From positions 250-64,249 of the forward strand of contig CAYRNW010000012.1 in the NCBI GenBank assembly GCA_964425745.1: a stretch of 64,000 nucleotides of DNA. The letters are read 5' to 3'. The notes beneath the pieces are model-generated. The model was not told the origin of the DNA and searched no databases. It saw only the letters and a program-made list of their open reading frames with translations. The translations under genes and the position numbers were made by a program. Shown in pieces: positions 47,962 to 57,279 of the stretch (within the stretch, counting starts at the first letter, position 1; each line of letters begins with the position of its first letter). This DNA comes from an uncultured Eubacteriales bacterium. Lineage in GTDB: Bacteria > Bacillota > JAAYKD01.

Positions 47962-48534
47962 CTATTGGCCGTTGAAACCATTATACCGGTTCATAGCAGC
48001 CACCGTTCCTTCACGGATCCAGGTTTCGGCAACATCGGGCATTTCTGCCAAAACTCGTTCCACAACTTCCCATTCTTGAGGTTTAAATGTTTTCAAGACG
48101 TGTTCTGCAGAATCCATTCCGGCCGGTTGTGGACCAACACCTAAACGGATACGGGCAAATTCTTCGCTTTGTAAATGAGCAATCATCGATTTGATGCCAT
48201 TGTGTCCACCGGCGCTGCCTTGAGGACGAATTCGAATGCGACCTACCGGTAAATCAATATCATCATAGAAAACCAGGAGATTGCTTAGAGGCAGCTGATA
48301 AAACTTCATCCAGGCACCTACGGCTCTCCCACTATCGTTCATAAAGGTCAGGGGCTTGACAAACAAAACCTTTTCTCCATGCACAATTCCTTCACCATAA
48401 ATCGAACTGAATTTCTGACCCGTCATGGTAATTTTGTACGCAGAAGCCACCCGCTCTACCGCTTTGAATCCAAAGTTGTGGCGGGTTGGCGCGTATTTGA
48501 TGCCGGGATTTCCTAATCCGACCAGCACTAACAT
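47962..48534 (-). CDS. pth: Peptidyl-tRNA hydrolase
   Basis: VGLGNPG, TRHNFG, KPLTFMNDSG, DDIDL, GGHNG. Confidence 0.97.
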   Translation of the reverse strand: MLVLVGLGNPGIKYAPTRHNFGFKAVERVASAYKITMTGQKFSSIYGEGIVHGEKVLFVKPLTFMNDSGRAVGAWMKFYQLPLSNLLVFYDDIDLPVGRIRIRPQGSAGGHNGIKSMIAHLQSEEFARIRLGVGPQPAGMDSAEHVLKTFKPQEWEVVERVLAEMPDVAETWIREGTVAAMNRYNGFNGQ

Positions 48535-48539
48535 ACGTT

Positions 48540-49172
48540 TTATTCCTTTACGATTTTCTTTTCGCGAATCATTTCCGGTTCTGCTACTACAGCAGCTTCG
48601 GCATCTTCAGCATCTTCATGTACTTCATTAATGGTGGTCAATACCAGCATTAACTCGCTGTCTAAAGTAATGTTTTCCGGTAAAACCAAGTCTCTCGCAT
48701 AAACAACATCGCCTAAGCCCTGACTGCTGATGTTATGCTCGATTTTCTCGGGCAGATCGTTCGGCAAGCAGGAAATTTCAACGTGATGGTTTTGAATTTC
48801 CAAGATGCCACCTTCTTTGACGCCAACCGGATTGCCAATGAAAACAACCGGAACACGGAAGGTTTGAACCATGTTCATTTCGATTTGATGTAAGTCAACG
48901 TTTAAGAACGTGCGTTTGACAGGATGTTTCTGGATTTCAGAAATATGCACGGTGAAAACATGCTCACCAACCGATAAGTCAAATAAGCCATCGGCAGAGT
49001 TTTTGGCGATTGCTCTTTCGAATGCATAATTATCCAATGAAATTTCCATGGAACCATTGGGAACGGCTTCGCCGTATACGACGGCCGGAATCATGCCGGT
49101 TTTGCGCAATGCGCGGGAGGCGTTACTGCCGATGTTTGATCGGACTACTGCTTCTAATTTTGCTCTTTCCAT
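48540..49172 (-). CDS. rplY: 50S ribosomal protein L25 / Ctc
   Basis: LRKTGMIPAVVYG, EIQKHPV, VGVKEGG, PNDLPE; ATG 49172 follows AAAGGAG. Confidence 0.92.
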   Translation of the reverse strand: MERAKLEAVVRSNIGSNASRALRKTGMIPAVVYGEAVPNGSMEISLDNYAFERAIAKNSADGLFDLSVGEHVFTVHISEIQKHPVKRTFLNVDLHQIEMNMVQTFRVPVVFIGNPVGVKEGGILEIQNHHVEISCLPNDLPEKIEHNISSQGLGDVVYARDLVLPENITLDSELMLVLTTINEVHEDAEDAEAAVVAEPEMIREKKIVKE

Positions 49173-49343
49173 TATAAAGAACTCCTTTCGTTTTACAGAG
49201 AGTTGTCTTTGACAAGGTGGTTTTATCACCGGACGAAAGTTTCGTCGTACCTGCAAAGCGTTGGCGTCTTTCTTGGGTATCGATAAACGCCTATGACTAA
49301 GGAATTATAGCGTACAATTCACAAAAAAGCAAGATAGGTTTTG

Positions 49344-50204
49344 CTAATCCTTTGCAGAATCTACATACTTTAGGTCTAAAATACCGCTTTCATTCACCCA
49401 ATCCCCCGGACGGATGATCAGCGTTTTACTCTCGTAATCGACTTGGTCTAAGGTCAGAAGCGAGGTGTAGGCGTCAATGGCTTTGCGGCTACTGCTATCG
49501 CTCACCAAAAAGCCCATGCCTACGCATTTTGCTTGAAACTCTTGCATCAGGTCAAGAATCCCTTTGGCGGTTCCGCCACCTCGCAAGAAGTCATCTAAGA
49601 AGAGAACCCGGGCTCCGGGTTTCACAGCCCGTTTGGGTAAGGACATGGTTGCTAATCTTCGTTGACTATTGGAAATGTAATTGATACCAATGCTGGTCCC
49701 TTCGCTAATGCGACTATCACTCCGTACAATGACTAAGGGTACATTTAACTCCCGGGCCGTCATTAACCCTATGGGAATTCCCTTGGTTTCTACTGTAGCA
49801 ATAAGATCTGGTTTGAGATTACGAAAACGCTGGGCAAAAAACAAACCCACTTGTTGCATTAAAGACGGATCCCCAATTAAATCGGTAAGGTATAAAAACC
49901 CCCCCGGTAAAATGCGTTCCGGTTGACGGATCATTGCACACAACTGATCCACCAAGGCTATCGCTTGCTCACGGCTGAAATTCGGTGTATATAACACCCC
50001 ACCGGCGGCTCCGGTTTGTGTCTCGACTGTTCCCAATTTCATGGTTTGAAAGGTTTCTTTTATTAATGTCAAATCCTCACTGATACTGGATTTGGCAGAA
50101 TTCAACAATTGGGTAAATTGAGACAATGGAATCAGTTGCCCCGGGTGGTCTAAAAGATATTTGGTGATCATCACTATACGATCATTTCTGCGGATTTTTT
50201 CCAT
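49344..50204 (-). CDS. purR: Pur operon repressor
   Basis: RNDRIV, AKSSISED, GAAGGV, RILPGG, VETKGIP, DDFLRGGGT. Confidence 0.95.
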   Translation of the reverse strand: MEKIRRNDRIVMITKYLLDHPGQLIPLSQFTQLLNSAKSSISEDLTLIKETFQTMKLGTVETQTGAAGGVLYTPNFSREQAIALVDQLCAMIRQPERILPGGFLYLTDLIGDPSLMQQVGLFFAQRFRNLKPDLIATVETKGIPIGLMTARELNVPLVIVRSDSRISEGTSIGINYISNSQRRLATMSLPKRAVKPGARVLFLDDFLRGGGTAKGILDLMQEFQAKCVGMGFLVSDSSSRKAIDAYTSLLTLDQVDYESKTLIIRPGDWVNESGILDLKYVDSAKD

Positions 50205-50256
50205 TGATATTCTTTCTCCTCTCAGGGTTTCCGTCCGTTCTTATAAATTCACTAGA

Positions 50257-50300
50257 CGAACATTCGTCTACTATTATACTAGAAATGTCCGGAAAGTCAA
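50257..50300 (-). promoter_or_regulatory. purR promoter with a flanking inverted PurBox-like pair
   Basis: TTGACT-16-TATAAT on the minus strand; CGAACATT (50257-50264) and AATGTCCG (50284-50291). Confidence 0.55.
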
Positions 50301-50306
50301 GAAAGC

Positions 50307-51473
50307 TTAGCCTTGCTTTCTAGCCTCGGCAAATTCCTTTTTTACTTGTTTCAGCAAGGATGGGTCCGTAATCAGTTGGTAAACACTGCCTGCAAGAATC
50401 TTTGCTCCCACAATGACGGCCGTTTTTGCGGCTTCACCCTTCCCCGCAGCCAAGTAGGCTTCGGAATGAGACGGAGTACCGAGGGGAACAAAATCCATGC
50501 GCAAACAACTGCCCGGTACTCGTACCATGACATTGCCAAAATCGGTCGAACCCGTTTTCTCCCGAGGTGGACAAAGGTGAGGAGCTCCAACTTCCGTCGC
50601 ATTTTGCATCAGCAAATCATTGAGTGTAATCACGGGGATTTTGGCATCGATTTCCTTTTCTGAAATGATTTCCGCTTTCGTATCCGTCATCAAACTGGCA
50701 CCCTCCATGACCTGATAAAACCTTCGTTTCAAGTCTTTGAGCGTGTGACTGTCGTAACTGCGTAAATAAAAATGACCTACTGCTCGAGCTGGAACGCTGT
50801 TGGCCGCCCCACCGGCATCAATGACTGTATAATGCATCCGCACATCATCCGCTACATGTTCACGTAAAAATTCGATTCCCTGAAAACTTAAAAGCAGACC
50901 ATCGAGCGCACTTCGTCCCGCCTCGGGTTTGACGGCAGCGTGTGAAGTAATGCCATGAAAAATCACGGTAAAGGTCGCAAGTGCCATCGATTTCACGTCC
51001 ACAGTCGTTCCCGGATTAGCGTGAATCATCAAGGCGGTGTCGAGTTCATCGAAATACCCTTGCTGTAACATAGCGATTTTTCCACTGGTGGTTTCTTCTG
51101 CCGGAGTACCATAGATCACCAGAGTATAAGGATGGTCCTTGATGTGCTCTTGGATCGCCAAAGCGCAAGCAAGAACTGCCGGTCCTTGGAGATGATGCCC
51201 ACAAGCATGACCCAGTTTTTCCAAAGCATCGTATTCGGTCAAAAGGCCAATCACTGGCCCTCCATTCCCATGGCGATATTCAGCTCGAAATGCGGTAGCT
51301 AACCCTGCAATGTTTCGTTCAATGGTAAATCCAGCTTCCTCCAATGGTTCTATGAGGCGGGAACAAGCCTGGAACTCTTGATTTCCCAATTCGGGGTGAT
51401 CAAAAATCCAATCGGCCAATTCGGTCCAACGCGTAGAACCTTGCTCTATCGTTTCCCAGATCTGTTGTTTCAT
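50307..51473 (-). CDS. M20 family amidohydrolase (ACY1L2/AbgB-like)
   Basis: HPELGNQE, EYDAL, HACGHH, GTPAEE, HAAVKP, GSTDFGNV. Confidence 0.9.
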   Translation of the reverse strand: MKQQIWETIEQGSTRWTELADWIFDHPELGNQEFQACSRLIEPLEEAGFTIERNIAGLATAFRAEYRHGNGGPVIGLLTEYDALEKLGHACGHHLQGPAVLACALAIQEHIKDHPYTLVIYGTPAEETTSGKIAMLQQGYFDELDTALMIHANPGTTVDVKSMALATFTVIFHGITSHAAVKPEAGRSALDGLLLSFQGIEFLREHVADDVRMHYTVIDAGGAANSVPARAVGHFYLRSYDSHTLKDLKRRFYQVMEGASLMTDTKAEIISEKEIDAKIPVITLNDLLMQNATEVGAPHLCPPREKTGSTDFGNVMVRVPGSCLRMDFVPLGTPSHSEAYLAAGKGEAAKTAVIVGAKILAGSVYQLITDPSLLKQVKKEFAEARKQG

Positions 51474-51543
51474 TTTCAAAACTCCTTTCAAAGAAAGAGC
51501 ATCGATGCCACACTCTTTAGAGGTTGCTGATGCTCTCTTGTTC

Positions 51544-52440
51544 TTATTCTTCGATTTCCTCTTCTACAAACTCACAACCGACAGGTGTGGTGTAACAAAC
51601 GCTACTCCACCAACCGGGGGGCGTATGCTCGGCCACCAATTGCTGTGCCACCTCTGCATCACGGGTAATTGCAAAAACGGTTGGCCCACTGCCACTCATC
51701 ATCGCTTTCTCAGCACCTGCAAAGATTAAGTTCTCTTTCAATTGCAGCAATTCCGGCATCATGGAAAAGGTTACACTTTCCAAATTATTGCCCATGAGTT
51801 CGGGGAGTTTGTTTTGATCTCCAGCTCGAATACTCCGGACCAATAACTCGGTGACCGGTGCCGGTACCTTGTTGGTTTGTAAGGAAGTATAGACTAACTT
51901 GGTTGAGATGCCTTGCGGGGGTTTAAACAGCGCTAAATGCCAGAGGCCCACAAAAGGGAGTTGCTGTATGATCTCACCACGACCACTTGCTTCGGCTGTG
52001 CCTCCTTGAATGCAAAAAGGCATATCGGAACCCAAATGGGCTGCAATCTCCATGAGGTCTTGATCACTGTAATTGAGTTGCCACATCTTGTTTAGGCCAA
52101 CCAGGGTCGCTGCACCATCGGCAGAACCTCCCCCTAATCCGGAGGCAATTGGCAATTGTTTATCTAACCAGATCGCCGCTCCGCGACGGCTGCCACTGAT
52201 TTCTTTTAGCAAACGCGCTGCCCGTAAAATATCGTTGCTTTCATCTAAAGCTAACATGGGTGGACGACTTCCCCGCGGATCCCAAATCAATTCCAAATTA
52301 TCACTGGGTTGAAACGACAAGATATCATGCAGAGAGATGCTTTGCATCACCATGGAGACTTCATGAAATCCATCGGGGCGTTTTCCCAATACATCTAAGG
52401 TAAAATTAATTTTCCCTCTGGCTCGCACCACTACAGACAT
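51544..52440 (-). CDS. ispE: 4-diphosphocytidyl-2-C-methyl-D-erythritol kinase
   Basis: KINFTL, PIASGLGGGSAD, GSDMPF, MSGSGPT. Confidence 0.95.
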   Translation of the reverse strand: MSVVVRARGKINFTLDVLGKRPDGFHEVSMVMQSISLHDILSFQPSDNLELIWDPRGSRPPMLALDESNDILRAARLLKEISGSRRGAAIWLDKQLPIASGLGGGSADGAATLVGLNKMWQLNYSDQDLMEIAAHLGSDMPFCIQGGTAEASGRGEIIQQLPFVGLWHLALFKPPQGISTKLVYTSLQTNKVPAPVTELLVRSIRAGDQNKLPELMGNNLESVTFSMMPELLQLKENLIFAGAEKAMMSGSGPTVFAITRDAEVAQQLVAEHTPPGWWSSVCYTTPVGCEFVEEEIEE

Positions 52441-52467
52441 TTCACCAGCTCCTTTGTTCTTGACTTG

Positions 52468-52704
52468 TTACTTTTTATCGTGTGAATCCGGAAAAAATTT
52501 ACGGCGTAGGGCAATGATGATGATCCCCAGCAAGAAGGGTGCAAAGGCCCCATAACGTGTTATGATGTCGTTAAAAGAGGGGCTTCCGCCATCGACTGAG
52601 GTGACTGTTTCTTGAGCCATGAGTAGCAGGCCATCCACTTGGATTAAAATCAATAGAAAAAGGGATAACCAAAGCATGGGTAGGATTCTTTTTTTTATAC
52701 TCAT
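52468..52704 (-). CDS. Small membrane protein of unknown function (start uncertain)
   Basis: MSIKKRILP signal-like N-terminus, short spacer, TM helix, RRK tail; translationally linked to ispE. Confidence 0.55.
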   Translation of the reverse strand: MSIKKRILPMLWLSLFLLILIQVDGLLLMAQETVTSVDGGSPSFNDIITRYGAFAPFLLGIIIIALRRKFFPDSHDKK

Positions 52705-52862
52705 GGGCACGATCTCCTTTACCGACTGTTTTTTGAATTTCACAGGTTCATTGTACACTTATTTTCATAGTTTCGTCAATAGCAAATACCTGAGGTTTTG
52801 ATTGCAAGAGCTGATTTTCTTTGTTATACTGACCCTATTATGGGCAATATGGAGGGATTTCT

Positions 52863-53567
52863 ATGGAGCGTTTGATCTTTGTTCTGACTGGTGTCCTCCA
52901 GGGAATCCTTTCGATTCAGTTCTTAAATTGTTTTCCAAATTCGTGGTTCACAGAATTCGATGAAGACCCTACCGATGCAGTTACATCGTACCCTCGGTGG
53001 CCGGTATTCTCATGGTCTGCTCTAAGTTGCTCTATTTTAGCCGGTGCCGCTTGGTTTAGCTCTGGCAGCACGAGCTCCACCTTTTCCATTTTGATTACAA
53101 TGCTTCTGATTCAAATCTTGTGGATGTTGGCGTTAAGCGATGCAAAATATCAGATCATTCCAGATCAATTTAGCCTGCTTCTGGGTGGAATTGGGCTACT
53201 GGCCTGGCTTTCTTACCCCTTAGGGCTGCTGACTTCAGTTCTGCCTGCAATCGCCATTACAGTAGGACTGCCTTGGTTGGTCGGTGCCCTTTGGAGTTAT
53301 TGGAGAAAGCAAGTAGCTTTAGGCATGGGAGATATCAAATTGCTGATTGCTTTTTCCATAATCTTTGGTTGGCCGAAAGCCGGATTTGTTTTATTTACCG
53401 GTATTATGCTGGCCGGTTTCTATTTTGCGATCTTGCTGTTGCTACGCAAACTCCAACTGACCGATCATTCTCCCCTGGGACCGTTCTTGAGTCTCGCTGC
53501 TGCGCTTTGGCTATTAGGAGAATCCCAGTTCATGCAAGTCGTACAATGGTATCTATCCTTGTTTTAA
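52863..53567 (+). CDS. Prepilin peptidase (A24 family)
   Basis: SDAKYQIIPD (first Asp), LGMGDIKL (second Asp), PLGPFL; promoter TTGCAA-17-TATACT at 52802-52830. Confidence 0.85.
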   Translation: MERLIFVLTGVLQGILSIQFLNCFPNSWFTEFDEDPTDAVTSYPRWPVFSWSALSCSILAGAAWFSSGSTSSTFSILITMLLIQILWMLALSDAKYQIIPDQFSLLLGGIGLLAWLSYPLGLLTSVLPAIAITVGLPWLVGALWSYWRKQVALGMGDIKLLIAFSIIFGWPKAGFVLFTGIMLAGFYFAILLLLRKLQLTDHSPLGPFLSLAAALWLLGESQFMQVVQWYLSLF

Positions 53568-53622
53568 GCAATATAATGATTCATAGAAATAACCGCTGCC
53601 TTCACAAAAAGCAGCGGTTATT

Positions 53623-54546
53623 TTATTCGGCTTTAGGAACAAAAAGAAAAACTAGATACCTCACTAGCACAGTGGTCGTAAAAACAGTTGCGATCCAAAA
53701 TGTCGCTTGTTGAAGTGTAGCAAAGAGCACATGCTCTATCCCCTGCGCTTTAAGCCATATCACACTGCTCTTTGCAGCGATGGCTGAAATCACAAAGGGA
53801 AAGGTGTACGCAGAAAAAGCCGGGCTAAAGGTTCCACGAAACAAGCGCAAAGACCTCGGTAAGACAAACAAATAGCATAACAAAGATGTGATTTGTAGCC
53901 CGAAAATCAAAATCGGATGCGGATTTGTAATACTCGCCAGAGCACCTGCTAAGCATAAAGAAGCAGGAGCTGCGAAAATCATGACAGTGGGTTGCAATGG
54001 CTCCGGTAGAGGTTTCCCCTTCAATACCCGCACGATCATCAGCGGTAGTAATACCGTTAGTGCAGCCGTGGCGAAATAGACAGCAATCGTTCCAATCGCT
54101 TTCTGGCCTACAGTAGGCGCTGTGACTCCAGCGCAAGCGATGCCCACATAGAGCACAAACCAAGTAGGAGATAAATTTTCGATTTTCAGAGGGGCTGCAT
54201 GTTTTAATCTGAACCACAAAATCCAAAAAACATGCAATAGAAAGCCGCTCCACCACCAAATCGTGGCGAGAGACGGAAGCCACTGTTTAAAATAAGTAGC
54301 GAAGATCATCATACTCATGGGCAATGCTGCAAAAATGGTGGCCATGACCGAATGATCCATTTCTTTCAATGCTTTCTTTGGATCAAACAGTAATCGAAGG
54401 ATGTAGGCAAGAAAAAGGGTGAAGGCTAATCCACCGAAGATCGTTCTTATAAGAGGTGATGTTGTTGTCCAGAGGTTACCCAAAGCAGCAAGGCCCAAAA
54501 TCAAAGCTGCCATGGGGATAGGTATTTTTTGCAGAAATGTTTTCAT
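53623..54546 (-). CDS. TDT family (tellurite-resistance/dicarboxylate) transporter
   Basis: KIPIPMAALILGLAALGN, PTWFVLYVGI, IFAAPASL, FSAYTFP. Confidence 0.85.
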   Translation of the reverse strand: MKTFLQKIPIPMAALILGLAALGNLWTTTSPLIRTIFGGLAFTLFLAYILRLLFDPKKALKEMDHSVMATIFAALPMSMMIFATYFKQWLPSLATIWWWSGFLLHVFWILWFRLKHAAPLKIENLSPTWFVLYVGIACAGVTAPTVGQKAIGTIAVYFATAALTVLLPLMIVRVLKGKPLPEPLQPTVMIFAAPASLCLAGALASITNPHPILIFGLQITSLLCYLFVLPRSLRLFRGTFSPAFSAYTFPFVISAIAAKSSVIWLKAQGIEHVLFATLQQATFWIATVFTTTVLVRYLVFLFVPKAE

Positions 54547-54556
54547 TGTTGCCTAC

Positions 54557-55033
54557 TTACTCTGCTGTAACGATAGTCCATCCCTTTTCACGGGCGACCA
54601 TTTCAGCAACTTTTCGTGCGACTTCTCCGGTGAAAGAAATGCATTGGCTTTTATGTTCTCCGGAAGCCATATCCATACCCCGAGTCAATATACGACAGCA
54701 GAGCACCCCATGTTGAGTCTGAAAGAAGTCGTGTAATTCTTTGGTTAGCGTAAAGGTTTTTTGGACTTCATCAGCTCCGGGAGTAGAGGGGCCACGACGT
54801 CCAAAGAAGTAACCCAAGACCATAACTCCACCTGAAACAGCCCCACAGAGGCATTTGGCACGGCCAATACCAATGGGAAAACCTGCTGCCATAGAAACCA
54901 TTTCTTCCGGCATGGGCAAGCTTAGCGTATTGCGAAAGGCTGCGACCACGGCTTCCGAGCAGTAATATCCTCCCGAACGAAATAATTCTTCTGCAGCAAG
55001 GCCGATTTTTTCAATATCGATGCTTGTATTCAT
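54557..55033 (-). CDS. C_GCAxxG_C_C family putative redox protein
   Basis: YYCSE, CLCGAVSG, LCCR and QC motifs. Confidence 0.88.
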   Translation of the reverse strand: MNTSIDIEKIGLAAEELFRSGGYYCSEAVVAAFRNTLSLPMPEEMVSMAAGFPIGIGRAKCLCGAVSGGVMVLGYFFGRRGPSTPGADEVQKTFTLTKELHDFFQTQHGVLCCRILTRGMDMASGEHKSQCISFTGEVARKVAEMVAREKGWTIVTAE

Positions 55034-55215
55034 AAAAAAATTCCTCCCAAACGTTTTGTCATCAAGATACTAACAACTTGAGCAAAATCGGTCAAGGGAG
55101 GAAATGTAGGTTCGCGTCACTTGATTGCTTTATGAAAAAACTTCATAGTGTCAATATTTTTCATAACGAAATCCTATAAAGCAAGACGGAGATTCCTTCT
55201 CGGTTCTCCTTTGAA

Positions 55216-56178
55216 TTATCTCTCTTCGCGGTCGTAGTTAATCCCACAGCCACTGGGTTGTTGGATTTCCTTCGAGTTATAAACGGATGTGAGAATGATG
55301 ACCAAAGCAGTAACCACAAACGGTAATGCTCCGTAGAGCGAATTGGGAATGTCGACAACCTGCTTCGGAATATAGAAACGCAGTACGCGCAATGCACCAA
55401 AGATTACGGAGCCCATAATGGCTTTGTAAGGATTCCAACCGGCAAAGATGACCAATGCGACAGCGATCCAACCTAAGCCGCTGACCGAATTTGCGGTCCA
55501 GGTTCCACCAGCTGTAATTACAGCAATGTAAGCCCCAGCCAATCCACTCATTGCTCCCCCGAAGCCAATGGCCAAATATTTGGTTCGAGCAACGTTGATG
55601 CCTGAAGCATCGGCTGCAGCGGCGTTTTCACCAACCGCACGTAAGTTCAACCCATGGATATTGCGGTAAAGAAACCAGCCGGCAGTGATTGAAATCAGCA
55701 ACGACGCATACACAAAGCCATTGTATTGAAACAGGAGCTTGCCCAGAATTGGTATACTGCTTAAACCGGGAATTGAAGCGGGCTTGAAGAAAGACATGAA
55801 CTGCGCGTCCAAAACTGCGGTGCGGGTCGGAGAATTGGTGGTAATCGTTTCTCCAACAAAGTTGGCAAAGCCAGTACCAAAAATCGTTAAGGCAAGGCCA
55901 GTCACCGTTTGGTTCGCTTTTAACGTTACGGTGAGGAGTGCATAAATCATGGAAGCTAATACCCCGGAACCTACGGCTGCCAGTATGAATAAAATGGGGT
56001 TCTTCGTGTAGTAGGCTACTGTAAAGCCACTGGCAACTCCGATATACATCATACCTTCGACCCCTAAATTTAAGTTTCCACCTTTTTGGGTGATAATTTC
56101 TCCCAGAGTCGCAAACAAAAGCGGAGTTCCGGCCACAACAACGGCAAAAATAAAACTGGAAATGTAATTGATATCCAT
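55216..56178 (-). CDS. Nucleoside ABC transporter permease
   Basis: GTPLLFATLGE, NLGVEG, LRAVGEN, GLGWIAVAL. Confidence 0.9.
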   Translation of the reverse strand: MDINYISSFIFAVVVAGTPLLFATLGEIITQKGGNLNLGVEGMMYIGVASGFTVAYYTKNPILFILAAVGSGVLASMIYALLTVTLKANQTVTGLALTIFGTGFANFVGETITTNSPTRTAVLDAQFMSFFKPASIPGLSSIPILGKLLFQYNGFVYASLLISITAGWFLYRNIHGLNLRAVGENAAAADASGINVARTKYLAIGFGGAMSGLAGAYIAVITAGGTWTANSVSGLGWIAVALVIFAGWNPYKAIMGSVIFGALRVLRFYIPKQVVDIPNSLYGALPFVVTALVIILTSVYNSKEIQQPSGCGINYDREER

Positions 56179-56181
56179 TGT

Positions 56182-57279
56182 TTACTCCCCTCTGTTCCGC
56201 AAAACAATTCGATATCGAATGAAGAATTCAAACCCTAAAACGAAGAAGAGGATAATCCCCTGCAGGACATCTGCGGCGCTGGCCGAGATCTTGAACATCG
56301 ATTGAATATAGCCGCCGCCCTTTTCCAAAACAGCAAAAATCATGGATACCATTAAGATCACCGGTGAACTCAAATTTGCCAACCAAGCCACAATAATTGC
56401 GGTAAAGCCAACGCCTCCGGCAACGGTATCGGTTAGAGTCCGATCGGCTCCGGTCGCCTGTAGCATACCGGCTAAGCCAGCCAACCCACCGCTGATAAAC
56501 ATGGTGCGCATAATAATCTTTCGCACATTCATTCCGGCATATGTTGCAGTTTTTTCGCTTTCACCAACGACGGCGATTTCGTATCCGTGTTTACTGTATT
56601 TCATATACACATAAACGGCAGGAATCAACAAAAGAGCAATAATCCAACCAAAATGAACTCCCAAAGGTAAGCTCAAACGAGCATTGGCGGCAAAACGTGC
56701 AATCTGCGGGAAACCTTTGGCACCCGGATCTTTCCAAGCACCCTCTCGCAAGAATTGCACCACATAGAGCGCGATGTAATTGGCCATTAAGGTCAAAAGT
56801 GTTTCATTGGTTGAAAATCGTGCTTTGAAGAAAGCGGGGATCAACCCATATAATCCTCCCGCGACGATGCCGGCAACGGCCATGACACCAAGTAACACAA
56901 AATGCGGCCAGTCGGAATGAAACAAGGCGAAATATGAGGCAGCAACTGCACCTACGATCATTTGCCCTTCGGTTCCGATGTTCCAGAATTTCATCTTAAA
57001 AGCCAAACTGACAGCCAAGGCGTTGATTAACAATGGAATGGCGATTTTAACGGTCCCTTGGGTACTCATCACCGAACCGAAGCTACCTTTCCACATGGCA
57101 GCATAGACTTCAAGGGGTTGATGCCCTAAAGCCCAGAGGAAGATTCCTCCCGCCAACAATGCTGCTACGACTGCCAAGATTCGTAAAAGAATGCCTCTGG
57201 TTTCGTTCTCTTCTCGAATTCGGACGATTCTTAATAGGGGTTCTCTTCCCCCAACATTGTTAGGACTTCGTCGAAGCAT
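56182..57279 (-). CDS. Nucleoside ABC transporter permease
   Basis: WNIGTEGQ, NETLLTLM, GYEIAVVGES, GVGFTAII. Confidence 0.9.
   Translation of the reverse strand: MLRRSPNNVGGREPLLRIVRIREENETRGILLRILAVVAALLAGGIFLWALGHQPLEVYAAMWKGSFGSVMSTQGTVKIAIPLLINALAVSLAFKMKFWNIGTEGQMIVGAVAASYFALFHSDWPHFVLLGVMAVAGIVAGGLYGLIPAFFKARFSTNETLLTLMANYIALYVVQFLREGAWKDPGAKGFPQIARFAANARLSLPLGVHFGWIIALLLIPAVYVYMKYSKHGYEIAVVGESEKTATYAGMNVRKIIMRTMFISGGLAGLAGMLQATGADRTLTDTVAGGVGFTAIIVAWLANLSSPVILMVSMIFAVLEKGGGYIQSMFKISASAADVLQGIILFFVLGFEFFIRYRIVLRNRGE

Noticed and set aside
49173-49256. ORF-track N-terminal extensions of rplY, cytX, hisA, tldD and the M20 hydrolase
   Set aside because: Downstream ATGs have proper SD sequences, and the extensions overlap leaders or upstream genes.
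53623-55160. TDT transporter plus C_GCAxxG_C_C pair with an upstream TATGAA-N5-TTCATA palindrome
   Set aside because: The palindrome is short and AT-rich with no cognate regulator nearby, so support for a specific system is too weak.
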